The notes: generated by a model not told the origin, from the letters alone. A stretch of 64,000 nt of DNA from Scyliorhinus canicula (GCF_902713615.1 NW_024056010.1:248001-312000); one strand, 5' to 3'; positions 48,355-61,527 are shown, counted from the stretch's first letter. Made by a program: numbers and translations.

Positions 48355-48905
48355 TGGATTTGAATTTGGATTTGTTTATTGTCACGTGTACAGAGGTACA
48401 GTGAAAAGTATTTTTCTGCGAGCAGCTCAAACAGATCATTTAGTACATGAAAGGGAAAGGAAATGCATAATAGTGCAACACAAGTGTCATAAAAAACAAT
48501 GATACCGGCATGAGGTGAAGCGTAGAGGAGGGTAGTATTAATCAGGTCAGTCCATAAGTGGGCCGTTGAGAAGTCTGGCAACAGTGGGGAAGAAGCTGTT
48601 TTTGAATCTGTTCGTGCGTGTTCTCAGACTTTTGTATCTCCTGCCCGATGGAATAAGTTGTACGCCGGGTGGGAGGTGTCTTTGATTATGCTGCCCGCTT
48701 TTCCAAGGCAACGGGAGGTGCAGATAGACTCAATGGATGGGAAGCAGGTTCGTGTGATGGACTGGGCTGTGTTCACGACTCTCTGAAATTTCTTGTGGCC
48801 TTGGGCCGAGCAGTTGCCATACCAGGCTGTGATGCAGCCAGATAGGATGCTTTCTATGGTACATCTGTAAAAGTTGGTAAGAGCCAGTGTAGACATGCCG
48901 AATTT
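48355..48905 (-). mobile_element. Rex1/Babar-like LINE 3' fragment
   Basis: NFYRCTIESILSGCITAWYGNCSAQ..LQRVVNTAQSIT; short-repeat tail; related copies about 49550-50060 and 53570-53790. Confidence 0.65.
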
Positions 48906-49549
48906 CCTTAGTTTCCTGAGTTGCCGAATTTCCTTAGTTTCACTTACTCAACAATAACCGGCTCACGGACGCTCAGTATGAATTCCAGGGTCTCTCAGCT
49001 CCTCACCTCATTGAAGCTTTGGTTCAACCATGGACAAAAGAGTTGAATGCCAGAGGTGAGGTGAGAGTGAGTTCCCTTGATATCAAAGCAGCATTTGACC
49101 GAATATGGCATCAAGGAGCCCTATTTAAACTGGAGTCAACAGGAATCAGGGGGAAAATTCTCTGCTGGTTGAAGCAACAATGCGAACCACTGTGCTACCG
49201 TGCCGACGTGTATCATTTCATATTTATCGGGTCCCTGATTGCTCGTATTCATTTCCATGTTTTTAACACTAAATTCTGTACCTGTTATTACTGCACAAAA
49301 TAAAAACTAAAACCTTCCATCAGTTATTTCTGCACTAAACCATGCCCTCACCGATAATGGATAATATTCTGAAAGTTCTCCCACTTATAATACCCTGGAA
49401 CCTGATGACTTATGGATTATGTTTTCTTTTTAAGTTATTGCTTCACTGAATCACACCCTCGGTGACTTTAAGACCTTTGGGAGGGGTGGGTGGGGGAGCA
49501 GAGTGAAGGTCACAGGATAATAATTGATGACGTGGAAACGGATATCATG

Positions 49550-50060
49550 GATTGGAGTTGTTTGTTTATTGTCATGTGTACCGAGGTACAATGAAAAGTA
49601 TTTGTCTGCGTGCAGCTCAAACAGATAATTTGTACATGAAAAGAAAATACCTAATAGGGCAACACAAGGTACACAATGTAAATGCATAGACACCAGCATC
49701 GGGTGAAGCATAGAGGAGTGTAGTATTAATCAGGTCAGTCTGTAAGGGGGTAATTTAGGAGTCTGGTAACAGCGGGAACGAAGCTGTTTTCGAATCTGTT
49801 CGTGCGTGTCCTCTTTTGTGTCTCCTGCCTGATGGAAGAAGTTGGAAGAATGAGTAAGCCATATGGGATGGGTCTTTGATTATGCTGCCCACTTTCCAAA
49901 GGCAGCAAGAGGTATAGATGGAATCAATGGATGGGTGTGGGTTCGTGTGATGGACTGGGCTGTGTTCATGACTCTCTGAAGTTCCTTGGGCTGAGCAGTT
50001 GCCATACCAGGCTGTGATGCAGCCAGATAGGATGCTTCCTATGGTGCATCTGTAAAGTTT
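49550..50060 (-). mobile_element. Rex1/Babar-like LINE 3' fragment, copy 2
   Basis: YRCTIGSILSGCITAWYGNCSAQ. Confidence 0.65.
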
Positions 50061-50489
50061 GTGTGAAACTTGCTGAAGAGCAGCAAGTGTTTCATTCTTT
50101 TCCAAGCAAGGGGAATGACAAATCAATCTGAGCAAACACTCCACGACATGTTGACGTAGTATCATTTCATGATCGCTTGCACAATTTGTCATACCCTCTG
50201 TCTTTATATCAGCATCGTCTGTTAATTTCTGCATTGAGCATTGAACAACACAAGGCAGAAGCTGGGTATCTGCTCCTGACCCTCGGACTGGTTTAATCCA
50301 ACTGAATATGAGTTAAGCCAGGATTACTTGCTGGGAAAATGTTCAATATGATTTCATGTAAAGTGAACGTCATGAAATATGAACAGCAATTACATTTGGA
50401 ATAAAATTAAATCTTGAAACTAACAGGTGAATTTAGCTATTTATCTCTGTGGACATCAATTCAGTTATGGACAATTTTCACATACATAC

Positions 50490-50710
50490 AGCGGCCGATG
50501 GGCCTGTTCCAGTGCTGTACTGTATACACGCACACACACACACACTGGCCGAAGGGTCTGTACCTGTTCTATATTGTATACACACACACATATACACACA
50601 CACACACTGGCGGAAGGGCCTGTTCCTGTGCTGTATTGTATATACACACACACACACTGGACGAAGGGCCTGTTACTTTGCTGTATTGTATAAACACACA
50701 GACACACTGA
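50490..50710 (+). repeat. Minisatellite, 4 units of about 50-62 bp (LINE/SINE tail + (CA)n)
   Basis: ctggccgaagggcctgttcctgtgctgtattgtata(ca)n repeated. Confidence 0.8.
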
Positions 50711-51039
50711 ACACAGGCTGAACTCTGCATCCTGGCTACCTCCAAGGCGCTGCAGCATCTGACGTGAGGTGGAGTTGCACATTAAAGCCCATATGGTTCC
50801 CTTATTGCGTCCTGGTCCATTTTCCTCCCTTTAAGCAAGATCAGCAATTGACAGTTTGCTATTTTACTAAATAAGGTGAACAAAGCAGCCACGTTAATCT
50901 GCAATTCGCTGTAATTTCGATATTTGGATCTCTGGCCGAAATTTATGAGATTGTCCATCAGTGGAATGGATAGATTAAAACCAGCGTGCATTTTTTCACT
51001 AGCATGCTTAATTTTTTTTTGACATGAAAGAAGATGTGG

Positions 51040-51420
51040 TTAATTAGGGTAAAGTTGTTGATGTGGTTTTAACGGACTCCCAAAACTCGTTTGTTAAAGC
51101 GTCAAACAACAAACGTGTGAGCAAAGTTGGAGCTAAGGGAGCAAAAGTGTCTGTAACAATATGGATACAAAACCAACTGAATGATAGGATGCAAAGAGTG
51201 GCGATGAAGGGTTGCTTATCGGACTGGAGTAAGGATTGGAGTGAAGTTGCCCAGGGATCTGTGTTGAAACCCTTGCTCTTCCTGATATGTATTCCAGTCA
51301 AGACCTTGATGTACAGGGCGCATATTCTAAATGTTCAGATGATACAGAATTTGTAATGCAGCCTGTCATGATCCCAGTGTAGAATGTCAAAGGAACATAG
51401 GCAGGTTGCTGCAATGGTAG
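51040..51420 (+). mobile_element. Decayed CR1 RT fragment
   Basis: WIQNQLNDRMQRVAMKGCLSDW..VAQGSVLKPLLFL. Confidence 0.65.
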
Positions 51421-51499
51421 GGAAAGGGACATGTTACATTGTAAGCAGATATATGCAAAGATTTTGCAGAACTAACGAAGAAAACAACATAGAATCAAT

Positions 51500-54000
51500 T
51501 GTGCAATTGCAAAGATCTCATCTTCACCAATATGCCTGTTGAAGATGCATCTGTCCATGACAGTATCGGTAGAAGTGACCACCGCGCAGTCCTTGTGGAG
51601 AAAAAGTCCCGACTTAGTGATGTGTGGCATTACCACTGTGCTAAATGGGATGTACTTCAAACAGATCTACCAATTCAATACTGGGTATCCATGAGGTGCT
51701 GTGGACCATCAGCAGCAGCAGATTTGTATTCAGCCACAATCTGCAACCTCAGGGTACGGCATATCCGCACTCTACCATTACCACAAAGCCAGGAGATCAA
51801 CGCTGGTTCAGTAGTGTGCAGGCTAGCATGCCAGGAGCAAAACCAGGCATACCTAAAAATTACCACTATACAGGACTAATTATGTGTCAAACAGCATAAG
51901 GAACAATTAATAGACAGGGCTAAGCAATTCGAGAACCAACGGATCAACTCTAACCCCTAGAGTCTTGCCACATCCAGGCATGAATGGTGGTGGACAATTA
52001 AACAACTGACTGGCGGAGGAGGCTCCATACATATTCCCAATCAAAATGATGGAGGAGTCCAGCACATCTGTGCAAAAGACAAGACCGAAGAAGTCACAGC
52101 AATCGTCAGGCAGAAGTGCCGTGTGGATGATCCATCTCGGTCTCATCCGGAGCTCCCAAGCATCACAAATGTCAGTCTTCAGCCAATACAACTCACTCCA
52201 CATGATATCAAGAAATGGCTGAAGGCACTGGATACTGACTGCAAAGGCTATGGGCCCTGATAATATCCCAGCAATAGTACTGAAGACTTGTGCTCCAGAA
52301 CTTGCCGCAGCCCCAGCTAACGTGTTCCAGCCCAGCTATGACACTGGCATCTACCCGGCAATGTGGAATACTGCCTAGTTTTGTCCTGTATACAAGTAAC
52401 AGGACAAATCCAATCCAACTAATTACTGCCCTATCAGTGTACTCTCCATCATCAGCAAAGCGATGGAAGGAGTCATCCACAGTGCTATCAAGTGGCACTT
52501 GCTCAGCAATAACCTGCTCATGGACGCACAGTTTGTGTTTCGCCACGATCACTCAGCTCCCGACCTCATTGCAGCCTTTGTTAAAACACGGGCAAAAGAA
52601 CTGAATGCCAGCGGTAAGATGAGAGTGACTGCCCTTGGCATCAAGGCAGCATTTAACCGATTATGGCATCAAGCAGTGCTGGTACAACTGGGGTCAATGC
52701 GAATCAGGAGGGGGGGGGGGGGGGGAAATCTCCTCTAGTTGGAGTTATACCTGACACAAAGGAAGATGGTTGTGGTTGCTGTAGATCACTTATCCCAGCT
52801 CCTGAACATTATTGCAGGAGTTCCTCAGGACAGTGTTCTAGACAATCTTCCACTATTTCATCAATGACCTCCCTCCCAGCATAAGATCAGAAGTGGGAAT
52901 GATCACAGTATTCAGCACCATTCGTGACTCCTCAGATAATAAAGCTGTAAATGCAGATAATACCCAGGTTTGGGCTGACAAGTGGAAAACCTCGCTCCAC
53001 ACGAGTGCCAGACAATGACCATCTCATACAAGAGAGGATCTAACCATCGGCCTTGACGTTCAATGGCATTACCATCGGTGCCACCCCGTAATCAATACCC
53101 CGGGGCTACCATTGATCAGAAACTGAACTGGATTAGCCGTATTAATACTGTGGCTACCAGAGCAAGTCCAAGGCTAGGAATCCGACGGATAGGAACATGA
53201 CTTCCTGACGCCCGAAAGCCTGTCCACCATCTACAAGGCACACATCAGGTGTGCAATTCAATTCTCTCCACTTTCCTGGATGAGCAAAGGTCCAAAAACA
53301 CTCCAAAAGCTCGACACCATCTAGGAAAACGCAGTCCACTCGATTTTAAGCCCTTGCACAAATATTCAATCCATCCACCGCCGACGAACAGTGGAAGCCG
53401 TGCGTACCATTTACCAGCTGCATTTTTGGAAACTGCCATGGTTTCTTAGGCAGCGCCTTCCAAACCCAGGACTACTGCAACCCAGAAGGACCACAGAAGC
53501 AACGTGGGAACCCCTCCATCTGGAGTTTCTCCTCTATGTCACTCACCATCTCAACTTGGAAACATTGGATTGGATTAGTTTATTGTCACCTGTACTGAGA
53601 TACAGTGGAAAGTATTGTCCCGCGTACAGTGCTGACAGATCATTCCGTACATGAAAAGAAAATACATAATAGGGAAAGCATAAAATACACAATGTAAATA
53701 CATAGACATAGGCATTGGATGAAGCATACTGGAGTGCAGTACTCCTGAGTAGAGAAGATGTGTGAAGAGATCAGATCAGTCCATAAATCCAGCAGTCCAT
53801 AAGAGGCTCGTTTAGGATACATCGCTGTTTCTTCACTATTCCTGGATCAAAATCCTCGAACCCCTTCCCCAACAGCACTGTTGGTGTAACTGCACCTCAG
53901 GGACTTCAGCGGTTCAAGAAGGTAACTCACCAACATCTAGTGAATGGCAAATAGGGCTGGGCAATTAATGCTGGCCCAGCCAGAGACACCCACATCCCCT
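51500..54000 (+). mobile_element. Decayed CR1/L2-superfamily LINE, interrupted by a Rex-like fragment
   Basis: GRSDHRAVLVE; NPIQLITALSV; QFVFRHDHSAPDLI..LGIKAAFNRLWH; tail ..gggcaattaatgctggcccagcc. Confidence 0.7.
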
Positions 54001-55149
54001 AAATTAATAAAAACGGGTAGTGCAGTCATATAATTACCAGGTTAGCAATCCAGAGGCCTGAATCAGTGCTCTGGAGAGAGAAATTCAAATTACACTAAGG
54101 CAACTTGGGGCATTTCAATTCATTAATTTAATAAATGGAAATAAAATTGTTTGTGCCATTAATGACAATCTGGAAATGACCGAAATTTAGTCATCGCCCA
54201 TCTGGTTCATTAATGCCCTTCGGGAGGCGAGATGTACCCTATTTAACCGGTCTGTCCTCCATGAGACTGTGAAATTTCCGAGCAAGCCATTAATTTAATC
54301 GAAGTTGTAACAGATAGGCAAACTCGATTAAAACCGACTGATGTGCAAGTTTTCATAAAGATGATTCACAAGCGCCTTTTCAGAATGGACAATTAATGCT
54401 GACTTTCGCCTCTGCCGTTCCTGCCGGCACGGCACTCCACCAGCCCTCTGGTGGTGGCGGTGTGAATTGCGCTTTCACGTATCTGATCGTCAGTCCAGAA
54501 GTAAAACACTCGAACACGTCAGTAACGAATATTCGTTTATTTACGGCCGGGACAAATCTCTAAGCAGTCGGGTAACTACCTTCGAGAAGTGCCAAAATCC
54601 CAGAATAAGGACTGTATTTTTATACATTTTACAGCTTAGGGGTGGTCCCCTTAAATTCCTAGATACACCTATGATTTGGCAAGGATCCAGAACATGTACA
54701 TATATGGAATTATTCTTCGAGGTTGGGAGGTTATTTTTGACATAATCATTAGCACAAGTCACTATTAATGCTATTACAAAGGTTTTTGTATCCCATGGCC
54801 ATCTGGCTTAACTCATTCCAAAGCCCATTCCTTTTACATTTCAATGTTTATTTGTTCCAACTGGTCAAACGAGCTTAATTACGCTATCTCTGCAATAAAG
54901 TAACGCTTCCCATTCATTCCATTCTTTGACTTTTTGACCTCTCTGCTTTCACAGATGCGGCTCAGAACATTAAATAGTACTAAAGCCACACTCCCCTCTT
55001 TCCATCCCATAACCTTCTGACATCTCTGCTTTCACAGATGCCGGTCAGAACACGCTCCCTTTATTTCATCCCTTGACCTGTTGACATCTCTTTCACAGAG
55101 CTTTTCAGAACTGTTATATTAACCCTATCAGCGAAGTTCCAAATGAAAT

Positions 55150-56220
55150 CCACTTCTACAGCGGCACTGAGAGTCTGGGGCAATGGAGGAAGCATGTGGG
55201 AGCAGAGGGAGCATCGATCTGGTCTCCAATCTGCAATACTCACCGGTTTGCCCCGGGGAGGCTGGATGGAAGGTTTCGGAGATGGCAAAGAGCAGGGAAC
55301 GAGAGGATGGGAGATCTATTTATAGAGGGGAGTTTTCCCAGCCTGAGGGAGTTGGAGGAAAATTTTGAATTGATGGGAGGGAATGAGTTTAGGTACCTAA
55401 AGGCGCGGGACTACACAGACAGGTCTCAACTTTCCCGCTCCTACCACCCAAAGGCATACAGGACAGGATAGTTTCCAGAGTATGGGTGGGAGAAGAGAGG
55501 GTTTCGGACATTTGTAACGAACTCATGGGGTCAGAGGAAATGCAGACCGAGGAGCAGAAACAAAAATGGGAGGAGGAGTTAGGAGGAGGGAAAGAGGATG
55601 GCCTCTGGGTGGATGCGTTGAGTAGAGTCAACGCATCCACAACATGTGCCAGGGTCAGCCTGATACAATTTAAGGTTGTTCACCGGGCACACATGACAGT
55701 TGTTCTTTGGGGTAGAAGACAGGTGTGCGGGAGGACCTGCAAACCATGTTCATATGTTCTGGGCATGCCCGAAGGTTAGGAGATTCATGCAGATGTTTGT
55801 GGGCATCATGTCCACGATGCTAAAAACAAGGTGGCACCGAGTCCAGAGGTGGCAATTTTCAGAGTGTCGGAAGATCCGTGTATCCAGGAGGAGAAAGACC
55901 AGTCGTTCTGGCCCTTGCCTACCTGGTAGCGCAGAGACGGGTATTATTAGCTTGGAGGGACTCAAATCCCCTGAAGCCAGAGACCTGGCTGTCGGACATG
56001 GCTAACTTTCTCTGTTTGGAGCGTCGACTTCTTTTGGGAAAATTAACTGTCAGCAGAGAGGGGGCGGGGTTAGGGTCTAGTTTCGTTTAGATTAGTGTGT
56101 AAGAAAGGTAGGACCTGTGAGGAAGGAAGACGGCCTTTGCACTATGTTTATATTTGGATGCACACTGCTTTTATTGTTATAAAATCATAAATACCTTAAT
56201 AAAATGTTTATAAAATAAAA
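55150..56220 (+). mobile_element. L1/Tx1-like LINE 3' fragment, older relative of 10548-11436
   Basis: WVDALSRVNASTTCARVSLIQFKVVHRAHMT..HMFWACP; A-rich end. Confidence 0.75.
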
Positions 56221-58079
56221 AGAATAATGCTGACTTTGTCAGTGATGCTCATGATCCCTTTTCGGAATGAAAACAGTGCATAGTACTGCGGATTTGGGTA
56301 ATCTAAAACAAAATCAACAAAAGAATCCTCCACACCAGGCCAGTGAGCACCAGCCGAGAGAGAAACCAATTCACTTTTCATGTGGATGACCAGTTACAAA
56401 ATCTCATTGATATGAATCTAAAGCGCAGGCCTGTCCTCCAGAGTATCCTAAACCATTGTGCATTCTTCAACTAAAATCACAGATTAGCTGGCCATTTATC
56501 ATACCTCTGTTTGTTGGAGCTTGTTGTGCTCAAATTACCTGCTGTACTTCCAACATTACAGCAGTTTCTAAATTCAGAAAAAGGAGATCAATGAGTTGTA
56601 AGTGTTTTGGAATGATCTACTGTTGGGTAAAGCGTCCCATTGATGCAAGTTCTTTCTAAATGTTAACATTTTAAAACGCAAGTAGTGAAACGTTGGAAAC
56701 TCTGAGATTAATGTGATTATAGGTCACTCCACTGACTGATGTTTTTAATTATCCAGTTCAAATGAGTGAAATCTTCAATCAGATTAACCGTCTGTGGAAT
56801 ACCAGCCTGTTAAAAGAAGCTTCATTGATTGTGATATTTGAACTTTCAAACTGAATTCTTTATTTAAATGTTTTTTTATTTGAATTAAATAACATGTGTC
56901 CCAACGGACGTTCAAGAAGTCTCTATTCAGTTTGAACCAACTGACAATATTCGTAAAATAAATCGCTATTTTGAGTTGAAAATAATCAATAACATACTGT
57001 GTCTATCTGGTTTTGCTACCATGCACACTTTATTGTAACCAAGGAGTTGCATATGTAAATAAATACAGAAGGAGAAGCCCACAAAAGATTGCGGACTGAC
57101 AAAAACACAATAAATATTTTCCCATTAACACAGCAGAGAAACGGCTTCAAACATTCAGATAAATTAACGGATTCCAGTAGTGAGTGTTTTTGGATATTAT
57201 ATGTCAGTTATATGAGCGAAAAGTCACATTGATACCTATGTTCAGAATTAAGAAAAATTATCTTTAAGTATTCGAAATATAATGACACGTAAAATGTGTT
57301 TGTGGAGTTTTCGTATGTCCCATCTTTCCCGTCTTTCTCCTATCTGGTTCTCTGCCTTGTCTCTCCACAGTGGATCATTGTCTTTAATCCACAACATGAA
57401 CTCAAAATCTAGCCAATGTGTACTCTCGGGAAGATTCATTAGCTTCTAACTAAGTTGATTTAATTCGATGAATTGTAATCTGTAGAGGGAGCTCGACAGT
57501 AAAATGTGCCTTGATCATTCAATGAACTTGTTGTATTTGATGGCACTTTAGGGGAACCTCTACTTCGCATATGAGCTGGATTGTACCTACTGGCGAGGAT
57601 TTGATGTGGCAGTAGCGCAGGAAGTTTCCCAGACCCTACCCACCCTTGGAGCGTTTAATGGAACAGTGTAGAGGAAGCATTATTCTGTATTTAATCTCCA
57701 CTGCACCAGTCCTCCGCAGTTTTTATATGACTGTGTAGAGGGAGATTTACGCCGTTTCTAAGCTGTGACACCTTCTGCACTGGAGCGATTCTATAGAATG
57801 CCTCCAGTGTCTTCTTACTGACGTCCAGCCCGTTAGTGCTCGATAGCCTGGGGGTGTATTTCACCCATAAAATCTGGAAGAACAGAATGTATTGGACTGA
57901 CACAAAGGAAAACAGTACCTGTTCGATTTACGAATTAGTCAAGCACAAGGTGAGAACAGCATGTGTCAGGCCTATCTGTCGATACATCTATCAAACCATT
58001 CATTGATTCCACAAACAAAATATTTCGGCATTGATGTATTGTTCATTCGAGCATCAACATTGTCATTACTTTTTGTGTG

Positions 58080-58410
58080 GTGTGGGGGCAGACAGTGGCA
58101 CAGTATTGATGATATTGGTCTGGTAATCCAACGGCCGAGGTCAATGATCCGGCGTAAGGCAGCTGGTGGATATGAATAAATCTGAAATACATGGTAATGG
58201 TGAACTTGGAAACACCTCTGCTTCACCAGTGAAGAAAACTTGCCATCCTTACCTGGTGTCACTGACATGTAACTCCAGGCAGACAGCAATGCGACTGACT
58301 CTGCAACGTCTACTAATATGATCCAGCAAACCCTTCACCTCAAGAGCAACTGGGGACAGGCGACAGATGCCAATCTACCCAGAGACACCCTTAATCCTAT
58401 GGACGAATCA
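58080..58410 (+). mobile_element. Old SINE sharing its 3' tail with the LINE at 53.8-54.0 kb
   Basis: gtggcacagt..ggtaatcca head; ..gcaactggggacaggc..gagacaccc tail; related copy about 54010-54280. Confidence 0.5.
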
Positions 58411-59367
58411 AGGGGAAAACACAAATATCCATGTTTATCTATTGCAAAATGTATCCTCTGTCTGATAGTCTGCCTTTATTTATTTCTATACATCCATCAC
58501 AATATTATGAGATATTGGAGAGATCTTCCAACAGTTTCTGTTGCCAACATGGTGTCAAAGAAGCTGGATAACTCTCCTCTCCTGACAGATGGGAACTGTT
58601 CACATAAGTTCACAATTCAAAACGTAGAAAATGATCTCCAGTGTTGTTGCTGGGTGAGTTTGTCTATAAATAGTCTTCTTGAAAATACCGAGAGTTTGAA
58701 GTTGGCTTGCAGCACCAAGGAACCCATGAATTTTGTTTACTGCAAAAAGCCACCAGATGCTTCCTGTCAATGAGACTGCCTGGCTGCAGCCAGTTGGGTT
58801 GCTGCCAAATACTGTGTGAGACAGATCCGCGCCAATATGAATGGACAAAGTGGGATTCAGCCACGACGAATAAATGTTGTAATCGCATCTGAAGTACACA
58901 TTTTAAATGTTATTTCACAAAAATAATCATTTTTAGTGAATTCCCTGTTCAACGTGAGATATAAAACGATCCTAAAATAGTAAACTAAGAATACAGTGTT
59001 TAATTTGTATACTTGCCAAGTAAAATTAATTCAAGTTATTAAAGACGGTTATTGAGAACTTCATGAAGTGCGAATGAAATGGATGTTCCCATAAACAGCA
59101 TCTAATGGGGTCAGTGGGATGGCAAAAATACATTTATATTAAATTAAAAGAGAATCAGAGTATCATTTGGAATATTCACCGTGTTGAGCCCCTCATTTAA
59201 ACGGAGGCATCTATGATACCCGATTAGCACCGTGTTCTGTACAGTTTAATTTGTGCTGATTTCCATTATTTAACAATCCCTCTTATTGCTGCCAATGAGT
59301 GGAGAAATGACCCGTTCATAACCTGTTTTAGTGGAAGATAAAACATTTATTCTTGTGATATTTTATT

Positions 59368-59571
59368 ATAGAACAGTACAGCACAGAACAGGCCCTTCGG
59401 CCCTCGATGTTGTGCCAAGCAATGATCACCCTACTCAAACCCACGTATCCACCCTATACTCGTAACCCAACAACCCCCCCCCCCTCCCCCCCCCCCCCCC
59501 CTAACCTTACTTTTTAGGACACTACGGGCAATTTAGCATGGCCAATCCACCTAACCCGCACATCTTTGGAC
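59368..59571 (-). mobile_element. HE1-type SINE 3' half
   Basis: tagaacagtacagcacagaacaggcccttcggccc..gcaatttagcatggccaatccacctaacc. Confidence 0.7.
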
Positions 59572-60382
59572 TTGTTATATTCCGCAAAGTCCCGATATCC
59601 TGTGTTCCCAACACTAGTGAATGTTAGACAGCCGGTGGCCAATACAAACTAGCTGCAATTATTTGGATGCTGAAGGAGAACTTTGCTGATCGCCGGATCC
59701 CTTCTGATTCATTAATTTTTCTGTCCAATGCTGATGTCAATTTTATGTTTCTCTGTCCACTCACAATGCGATAACGGGGAAAACGGAGTTCTTTTCCCGC
59801 TAATATTTACAGGACTGTCTTAATCTCAAGAGAATTTCGTGAAATGTCAGGAGAAATATTGTATAATGTGAGAATTCCTCTTACCCACAGTCCCACATTG
59901 TACAGTGATAGGCACCCACACGGGAAATACAATCACTTTGTTCATCCCGTCATTTGGTTACAGAAACCGATAACAGTTCCTCTGGTAGATAATACTTTAT
60001 TGTTGTAATGGGAAAGAGACCCGAAGTGGTCGAAATCAGACTGACAGACGATTCGTTCCCTGATACTATCATTGAATCTGTTTATGTTCACTCCCTTATA
60101 TTGGAGTGTAGAAATAAAGGGGCTTAATTTACAATGGAATTAGTTTTTATAACCAAATATTCAGATGTAATTTTGCCATTAGGAAGAGGAGAGGTATTAC
60201 AACGAATCCATTCAGACAAATAAATATTCCGATACAGATAAAATGTCAGTTTTAATAATAACCCTATAGTAAATCTCTGAGTCCATTCTGTTGGGGGTGT
60301 GGAAGGCGGGACGTGGATCCAGTCGCCGCCTCCACCAGGGAATCAACAGGCGGCGCCTGGAAAGCCGCCCCCTTCTGCCGGG

Positions 60383-60390
60383 TATTTAAA
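60383..60390 (+). promoter_or_regulatory. TATA-like box in the GC-rich IgH promoter
   Basis: TATTTAAA about 80 bp upstream of the leader ATG, preceded by GC boxes (ggcggg, ccgccc); no octamer seen. Confidence 0.5.
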
Positions 60391-60469
60391 TGCCGCTCAC
60401 TGGGACCCGAATCCAACAGTCCGGGAGCTGGTTTGTTCACTGAGTTCCTGACACAACCATTTCCCCCAA

Positions 60470-61021
60470 ATGGCCAGAAGGATGAGGTGGGCCATTTCTC
60501 TCAGTTTGTTGCTGACTTTCCTATCCCGTGAGTAATTTTTATTGTCCAAGTCTCTCACTGTTACTGTCTCAGTGTTAGTCTCTCTCTGGAATGTTCCAGA
60601 GTCACCAATCATTTCACCAGCATTAATCCTCGGCCTTTTTGATATATTTTTACAGGTGTCCAGTCGGATGTTGTGTTGACTCAGCCAGAGGCAGAGACCG
60701 GGCGTCCCGGAGGCTCCCTGAGACTGACTTGCAAAGCCAGCGGGTTCCGCGTAGGCGGCTTCAGCCTTCATTGGGTCCGATTCGTCCCCGGACAGGGTTT
60801 ACAGTGGTTGCTTTACTATTATACTGCATCCAACAATTACTACGCCCCAGGGATTGAGAACCGATTTACTGCGTCCAAAGACCTTACGAAGAACATCTTC
60901 GCTTTGGACATACGGAATCTGAAGACCAAAGACATCGCCATCTATTACTGTTCATGGCAGCCTACAAAATACTGGGGTGGCGAATACTGGGGACAAGGCA
61001 CCATGGTGACAGTGACGGCAG
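60470..61021 (+). CDS. IGH: Germline-joined immunoglobulin heavy-chain VDJ (IgM-type VH): leader exon 60470-60527, VDJ exon 60656-61021
   Basis: Leader [19 protein letters not shown] + GTGAGT; acceptor tttacag; [59 protein letters not shown] + donor G|GTCAGA; fully open, no RSS. Confidence 0.92.
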
Positions 61022-61223
61022 GTCAGATTATTGCATTTATTTATCCCTACTCACAAAGTTGTTGCCATTATTCCAATTTTCTGGTTATGTTCCGAATTAA
61101 ATAGTTTGTTGGCGAGCGGGCTCCTTGAATTCCATGTTGAATTTTAATTGTACCAGGCATTTGTTTTGGTTGGAAAAATATGCATAATAGAAGAAAAACA
61201 GCTGCGTCTCCATGAAACGTGTT

Positions 61224-61527
61224 TCAGCGCACGGTAGCACATTGGTTAGCACTATTGCTTCACAGCTCCAGGGTCCCAGGTTAGAGTCCCTGCTTGGGTC
61301 ACTGTCTGTGTGTAGTGCACGTTCTCCCTGTGTCTGCGTGGGTTTCCTCCGAGTGGTCCGGTTTCCTCGCACAAGTCCCGAAAGACATGCTGTTAGGTAA
61401 TGTGGACATTCTGAATTCTCCCCCTCTGTACCCAAACAGGCGCCGGAGTGTGGCGACTCCGGGCTTTTCACAGTAACTTAAATGCAGTGCTAATGTAAGC
61501 CTACTTGTGACAATAAAGATTATTATT
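61224..61527 (+). mobile_element. HE1-type SINE in the J-C intron
   Basis: gcacggtagcac..ggttagcactattgcttcacagctccagg head; tail gacaataaagattattatt. Confidence 0.75.

Noticed and set aside
59900-60470. Ig octamer (ATGCAAAT/ATTTGCAT) or TCR-type decamer in the IgH promoter
   Set aside because: Neither motif was found by eye; only TATA-like and GC boxes
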